Source: a virus. From it: 43,643 nt of DNA. The first letter of the stretch is position 1. Each line of letters starts with the position of its first letter. The notes under the pieces were generated by a model. It searched no databases, was not told the DNA's origin, and saw nothing but the letters and a program-made list of their open reading frames with translations. The translations under genes and the position numbers were made by a program. Shown piece after piece: positions 40,405-43,643 of the stretch. Location of the stretch: positions 1 through 43,643 of the IMG/VR virus record IMGVR_UViG_3300045988_006838; one strand, 5' to 3'.

Positions 40405-41280
40405 CTACTTCCCCAGCAGCTTACCCCACGTGCCGTTACCGGCGATGCCGTCAGCCCCCAGAGAATATTTGGTCTGGAACTTCTTCAGCGCCGCCTCCGT
40501 GCCTGCGCCGAAGTCGCCGTCGGTACCGGCGCTGCCGCAGCTGAAGCCGTTGGCGATCAGCGCCGCTTGCAGGGTTTTCACATCGTTGCCCTCCATGCCT
40601 CGGGACAGCTGCCGAACCTTGACGGTGACGGTCTTTTCGACCACCGGCGCGGCGGGCTGTGTGGTGGGCACAACCGTGACGCCGCTCATGGCTCTCTTCA
40701 CATCCTGCCGGAAGCCCGCCATCGTGTAGCCGATGCCAAGCCCCGTCCACAGGTGTTCCGGGTCAACGTGACCGGAGCCGATGCCCCGCTTGCCGCACTC
40801 ATAATGAGACAGGATCACGCCGTCCTTCAGCGGGTCAAGGTTATACTTCTTGCACAGCATGGCAAATAGCTCCACGGCGGCCTTATAAGCCGTCTCGCAC
40901 TGCTTGAACGCCTTGTCCTTGTCTGTAATGGTGAACTTGGCCCCGGGGGTGTACTTGATGGCGGAGGGTTCGCACATCTCCACGCCCACGTGGGTGTTGT
41001 TGGCGGAGCCGCCCACATGCCATGCCCGGAAGTTCCACGGCAGGCACTGATACACCGCGCCGGAGTTGGCATCAATGAACGCGTGGACGCAGGCCCGGTC
41101 ATAGCTGGGGCTGTTCCACTTCTTGGTGAACACCTGCGCCGACGGCTGGGCACAGCCTACAGAGTGCAGTACAAGCCCTTGAGGGCCGCGCCGCTGGAAC
41201 GTGGTGTACCGGTCGTCGGCGTTGGCCATGTTGGCATGATAGCAGGGGTTCAGCGTTAGAAAGTTCTCAATCAGCTGCAT
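40405..41280 (-). CDS. Endolysin: N-acetylmuramoyl-L-alanine amidase (Amidase_2/PGRP) plus PG_binding_1 domain
   Basis: 291 aa; ...LVLHSVGC...HVGGSANNTHVGVEMC...; C-terminal GNDVKTLQAALIANGF...DGDFGAGTEAALKKFQ. Confidence 0.85.
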   Translation of the reverse strand: MQLIENFLTLNPCYHANMANADDRYTTFQRRGPQGLVLHSVGCAQPSAQVFTKKWNSPSYDRACVHAFIDANSGAVYQCLPWNFRAWHVGGSANNTHVGVEMCEPSAIKYTPGAKFTITDKDKAFKQCETAYKAAVELFAMLCKKYNLDPLKDGVILSHYECGKRGIGSGHVDPEHLWTGLGIGYTMAGFRQDVKRAMSGVTVVPTTQPAAPVVEKTVTVKVRQLSRGMEGNDVKTLQAALIANGFSCGSAGTDGDFGAGTEAALKKFQTKYSLGADGIAGNGTWGKLLGK

Positions 41281-41614
41281 CCGCTTTCACCTCGCCGTTG
41301 ACCACCTTCGCCGCAGCGCAGATGGCGTCGATCATCTCGCTGACCTTCTGTGCCGCTACATCGTCATAGGGGAAATTGGCGCTCTTGGCGGCGCTCTGCA
41401 CGCCCGCCATGACCCACGCCTTGCGGGCCGCGCCTTCGGCAAACAGCCCCTCTGCCTGCTGCATCAGATCCAGCACGATGGCCACGATCTGAGGCCAGTT
41501 CTTCTCTTGCACAGCCGCCTTGACGGTCTGCACCAGCTTGACCACCAGCGGAATGCACACGGCCAGACCGCTCAAAATGCTTACTACGATTTCAACCCAA
41601 CTCAGATTATTCAT
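41267..41614 (-). CDS. Holin (LL-H-like: N-terminal TM plus soluble tail)
   Basis: 115 aa; RBS GAGGTAA; WVEIVVSILSGLAVCIPLVV; immediately upstream of endolysin. Confidence 0.55.
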   Translation of the reverse strand: MNNLSWVEIVVSILSGLAVCIPLVVKLVQTVKAAVQEKNWPQIVAIVLDLMQQAEGLFAEGAARKAWVMAGVQSAAKSANFPYDDVAAQKVSEMIDAICAAAKVVNGEVKADAAD

Positions 41615-41805
41615 GACATTACCTCATCTTTCGTTTTGATTTTGATCCCTGCCAGCAGGGCCAACTCAACTGTCCATGCGCTGAACCACGCCACCGTCAG
41701 CGTGTCCGGCACCATCTTGTCGCAAAACGCCGCCACGATCACGGCGATGCAGTACCACGTCAAATTGGCAACTGCAAGGATCGTGAACTTTGTCCGCTTC
41801 TTCAA
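41611..41805 (-). CDS. Small two-TM holin-like protein
   Basis: 64 aa; TTG start; FTILAVANLTWYCIAVIVAAF and AWFSAWTVELALLAGI. Confidence 0.5.
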   Translation of the reverse strand: MKKRTKFTILAVANLTWYCIAVIVAAFCDKMVPDTLTVAWFSAWTVELALLAGIKIKTKDEVMS

Positions 41806-41837
41806 CTTTGGCTTTTTCGCCGTGCGCTTTCCGTGTG

Positions 41838-42152
41838 CTATGCCGGTTCCCCCTTTCGGATGGGCAGGCGGCGCACCTCCTCCATTACGCGCTTGGCGCT
41901 GCCGTTGCCGCCCATTTTCTCGTAAGGCGCGTAGAGGTAGTCGTTCAGGTTCTCATACTCGTCTTGCGTGATGTGCCCCCGCTGCACATACACCATACCC
42001 AGATGCACGATCCGGTCATGAGCCAGCCCTACCAGCATCTTGCGCTCCGCGTCGTTTTTGTCGGCCCGCTTGGCTACCAGCGCCCACAAGCCGCCGCTGG
42101 TCAGGGCGGCCACTACAATGGCGCTGATGGCCGGAATAACATATTGCCACAT
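41838..42152 (-). CDS. N-terminally membrane-anchored protein at the head of the lysis cassette
   Basis: ATG 42152 with GGGAGGAGG RBS (track start is an extension); MWQYVIPAISAIVVAALTSGGLWALV. Confidence 0.5.
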   Translation of the reverse strand: MWQYVIPAISAIVVAALTSGGLWALVAKRADKNDAERKMLVGLAHDRIVHLGMVYVQRGHITQDEYENLNDYLYAPYEKMGGNGSAKRVMEEVRRLPIRKGEPA

Positions 42153-42153
42153 A

Positions 42154-42558
42154 TCAGACCTCCTCCCATCCATATACACCTGGCTCCCACACGTTGTTGT
42201 CACAGGTGCTGCGCCATGTTTTGCCGCCGTGTGTCACCTTGTCGCCTGTCATGTAGGGGTTGGTGCTGTCTGGCTGCTGCCACGCGGGGATGACGGCGGG
42301 GTCGGGGATCAGCACCTGTGCCCACAGGCTGGGCGCGTCCGCCGGGTTCCAGCCTGACTGCGATGTGTGGGCCTGTAAGCACCTGTAGACACATCCCCCA
42401 TACAGCCGCCGGTCTCCCGCAGCATAGGCCACCCCCTCGCCGTCCCACGGGCGGTAGAGCAGCGGCGCTGCCGCCGCCTGTGCGTCCGTCAGCACCACCG
42501 CTGCGGCATCCATACTGGCCCGAATGGCCTGGGCCTGCGCCATGATGTCAGTCCTCAT
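42154..42558 (-). CDS. Carbohydrate-binding (CBM5/12-like, two copies) tail-associated protein
   Basis: YAAGDRRLYGGCVYRCLQAHTSQSGWNPADAPSLWAQV and YMTGDKVTHGGKTWRSTCDNNVWEP match the Y..GD.V.Y.G..Y......H.....W.P pattern. Confidence 0.55.
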   Translation of the reverse strand: MRTDIMAQAQAIRASMDAAAVVLTDAQAAAAPLLYRPWDGEGVAYAAGDRRLYGGCVYRCLQAHTSQSGWNPADAPSLWAQVLIPDPAVIPAWQQPDSTNPYMTGDKVTHGGKTWRSTCDNNVWEPGVYGWEEV

Positions 42559-42784
42559 CCGTCACCACCCCCAGCGTCTGCAAAGCCGCCTTGTACTGCT
42601 CAATTTCTTCCTGGGCGGTCAAGACCTCCGCGCCATCCCGCCAGAACTTTCCTTCACTATACGTGTCTCCAATACCCACCGGACGGTCATGGAGCGCCAC
42701 CGCACCAGGGAAATCTTTAGCATTAGTATCTCTCAATGCTATAATATTAATTACTATATTATCTTGAATAATGGCGTATCTCAT
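42548..42784 (-). CDS. Small hypothetical protein of the fibre module
   Basis: 78 aa; RBS TAAGGAGGAAAC; MRYAIIQDNIVINIIAL... Confidence 0.5.
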   Translation of the reverse strand: MRYAIIQDNIVINIIALRDTNAKDFPGAVALHDRPVGIGDTYSEGKFWRDGAEVLTAQEEIEQYKAALQTLGVVTDED

Positions 42785-43503
42785 GTAGTTTCCTCCTTAT
42801 GTTGGCGAATAATGACTATACCGTCAGCTGCTGCTATAGTAGTACCATTATAATAGGATCCACCATTACCTGAATTTGGGATGCTCATAGTAAGATTACT
42901 GCCGCCACCGGAAGCGTACAGGTCGCCGTCTGCTTCGCCAAATTCGCGGGTGGTAGTGCCTTGGCCCTTGCCGCCAGCGGTGTTGCCCGTCGCGCCGTCG
43001 CTACCATCCGTGCCGCCTTCTGCCTTGCCACTCGAACCAAGTTCACCGCCCCCACCAGAACCGCCTGCCCCGCCAGGCCTATGGTCTTTTGCATCACCTT
43101 GCGGAGAATGTTTTCCTCCTTCCGCCAATAAAGAAAACGCAGTAGTATTACCACCATCTGAACTAACGACCGAACTCGATGTGGCAGTTTTTCCTCCGGC
43201 TCCAATTACAATAGGATAAATTGTATTAGCCATTAATACAATAGATTTTCCTGTCGCAGTATATCCTGCACCACCAGATCCGCAATAGGATCTTCCCCCG
43301 CCGCCACCGCCGCCTACTAGAAATCCATCTATATTCATATTTTTTAATGGAGTAAAATTTCCAGAACTTAAAAACTTAATTTTCCAAGGTTTTCCTTCAA
43401 TAACCTGGTAAGTTCCATCTCCACCTGTCCAATTGAAGTCCTCGCCGATGATAGGCGCGGAAATGGCGCTGCCGCCCACAAAAATACCCTCTATTTGAAT
43501 CAT
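42781..43503 (-). CDS. Glycine-rich-domain tail fibre/receptor-binding accessory protein
   Basis: ATG 43503 with GGAGGTGATAATCG RBS and ATGA overlap with the fibre stop (track start 43611 is an extension); GGGGGGGRSYCGSGGAGY..., paralogous to the Gly-rich part of 894..3395. Confidence 0.6.
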   Translation of the reverse strand: MIQIEGIFVGGSAISAPIIGEDFNWTGGDGTYQVIEGKPWKIKFLSSGNFTPLKNMNIDGFLVGGGGGGGRSYCGSGGAGYTATGKSIVLMANTIYPIVIGAGGKTATSSSVVSSDGGNTTAFSLLAEGGKHSPQGDAKDHRPGGAGGSGGGGELGSSGKAEGGTDGSDGATGNTAGGKGQGTTTREFGEADGDLYASGGGSNLTMSIPNSGNGGSYYNGTTIAAADGIVIIRQHKEETT

Positions 43504-43643
43504 ACGATTATCACCTCCACAGGAATATCGACCGCGGGCACAGCGCCCGCCGCCTTGACCGTCAGCGACCCCGCCGTCTGCGCCGTCACACGGGGCTGCG
43601 CCGCGCCCCACGCGGCGAACTGCTCGTCGGTGGCGCTCTGGGC
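43500..43643 (-). CDS. Tail fibre protein, 3' end (continuation of 1..907 through the circular junction)
   Basis: Frame continuity: 907 + 89 nt = 996 = 332 codons; ...AAWGAAQPRVTAQTAGSLTVKAAGAVPAVDIPVEVIIV-TGA (43502..43500). Confidence 0.75.
   Translation of the reverse strand, partial: AQSATDEQFAAWGAAQPRVTAQTAGSLTVKAAGAVPAVDIPVEVIIV
43589..43643. repeat. Terminal overlap copy 2 (identical to 1..55)
   Basis: See 1..55. Confidence 0.95.

Larger units (their letters stand above)
1..43643. mobile_element. Complete temperate siphovirus-type phage genome, circularly closed assembly (43,588 nt unique)
   Basis: Identical 55-nt ends; full lysogeny, recombination/replication, packaging, head, tail and lysis gene sets; integrase adjacent to a tRNA-derived attP core. 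Confidence 0.85.

Noticed and set aside
42781-43611. Track-annotated N-terminal extensions (here 36 aa; similarly 16728, 10208, 18941, 29000, 27687, 32516, 39913, 40190, 42203)
   Set aside because: In each case an internal ATG or GTG has a canonical GGAGG-type RBS at 6-10 nt and usually overlaps the upstream stop codon (ATGA or TAATG). The extension has odd composition and overlaps the preceding gene.

Overview
GC-rich window that is a complete, circularly closed temperate siphovirus-type phage genome. The first 55 nt equal the last 55 nt, leaving 43,588 nt unique, and a tail-fibre ORF missing from the ORF track runs through the junction. Almost all genes are on the minus strand. In transcription order from about 33.0 kb downward: a Cro-side early operon (small Cys-rich and HTH proteins, Rad52/Sak-like annealase, YqaJ-like exonuclease, NinB-like protein, SSB, replisome organiser, DnaC-like loader, DUF1064, an 8-aa-repeat protein, PAPS-reductase-like enzyme, m5C methyltransferase, SPFH protein, MazG-like protein). 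Next comes a roughly 1.2-kb ORF-poor stretch with a tRNA-like gene. Then ParB-methyltransferase, terminase, portal, MuF, scaffold, HK97-fold capsid, neck, tail tube, G/G-T chaperones, tape measure, distal tail and fibre genes (wrapping the junction), holins plus amidase, a sigma-r4-like regulator, and an 8-gene cargo block ending at attP. The plus strand carries only the lysogeny genes: CI-like repressor, lipoprotein, membrane-anchored HTH protein, and a tyrosine integrase next to a 48-nt tRNA-Lys(UUU) 3' fragment taken as the attP core. Most unusual observations: (1) a circularly permuted, multi-TRD cytosine-5 methyltransferase broken by a 4-nt TAGA insertion exactly at the catalytic Pro-Cys|Gln; (2) a protein made of 18 perfect 24-bp repeats whose only variation is a four-state hexanucleotide (dipeptide); (3) a tRNA-like gene with a non-canonical anticodon arm followed by a hairpin-dense ORF-poor region (candidate large ncRNA); (4) two promoter-to-terminator antisense sRNA units inside the early operon, plus a third roughly 290-nt unit in the genetic switch; (5) a low-complexity cargo module with a frameshift at a G5 run. 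All calls come from reading the sequence and motif recognition. No database search was run.
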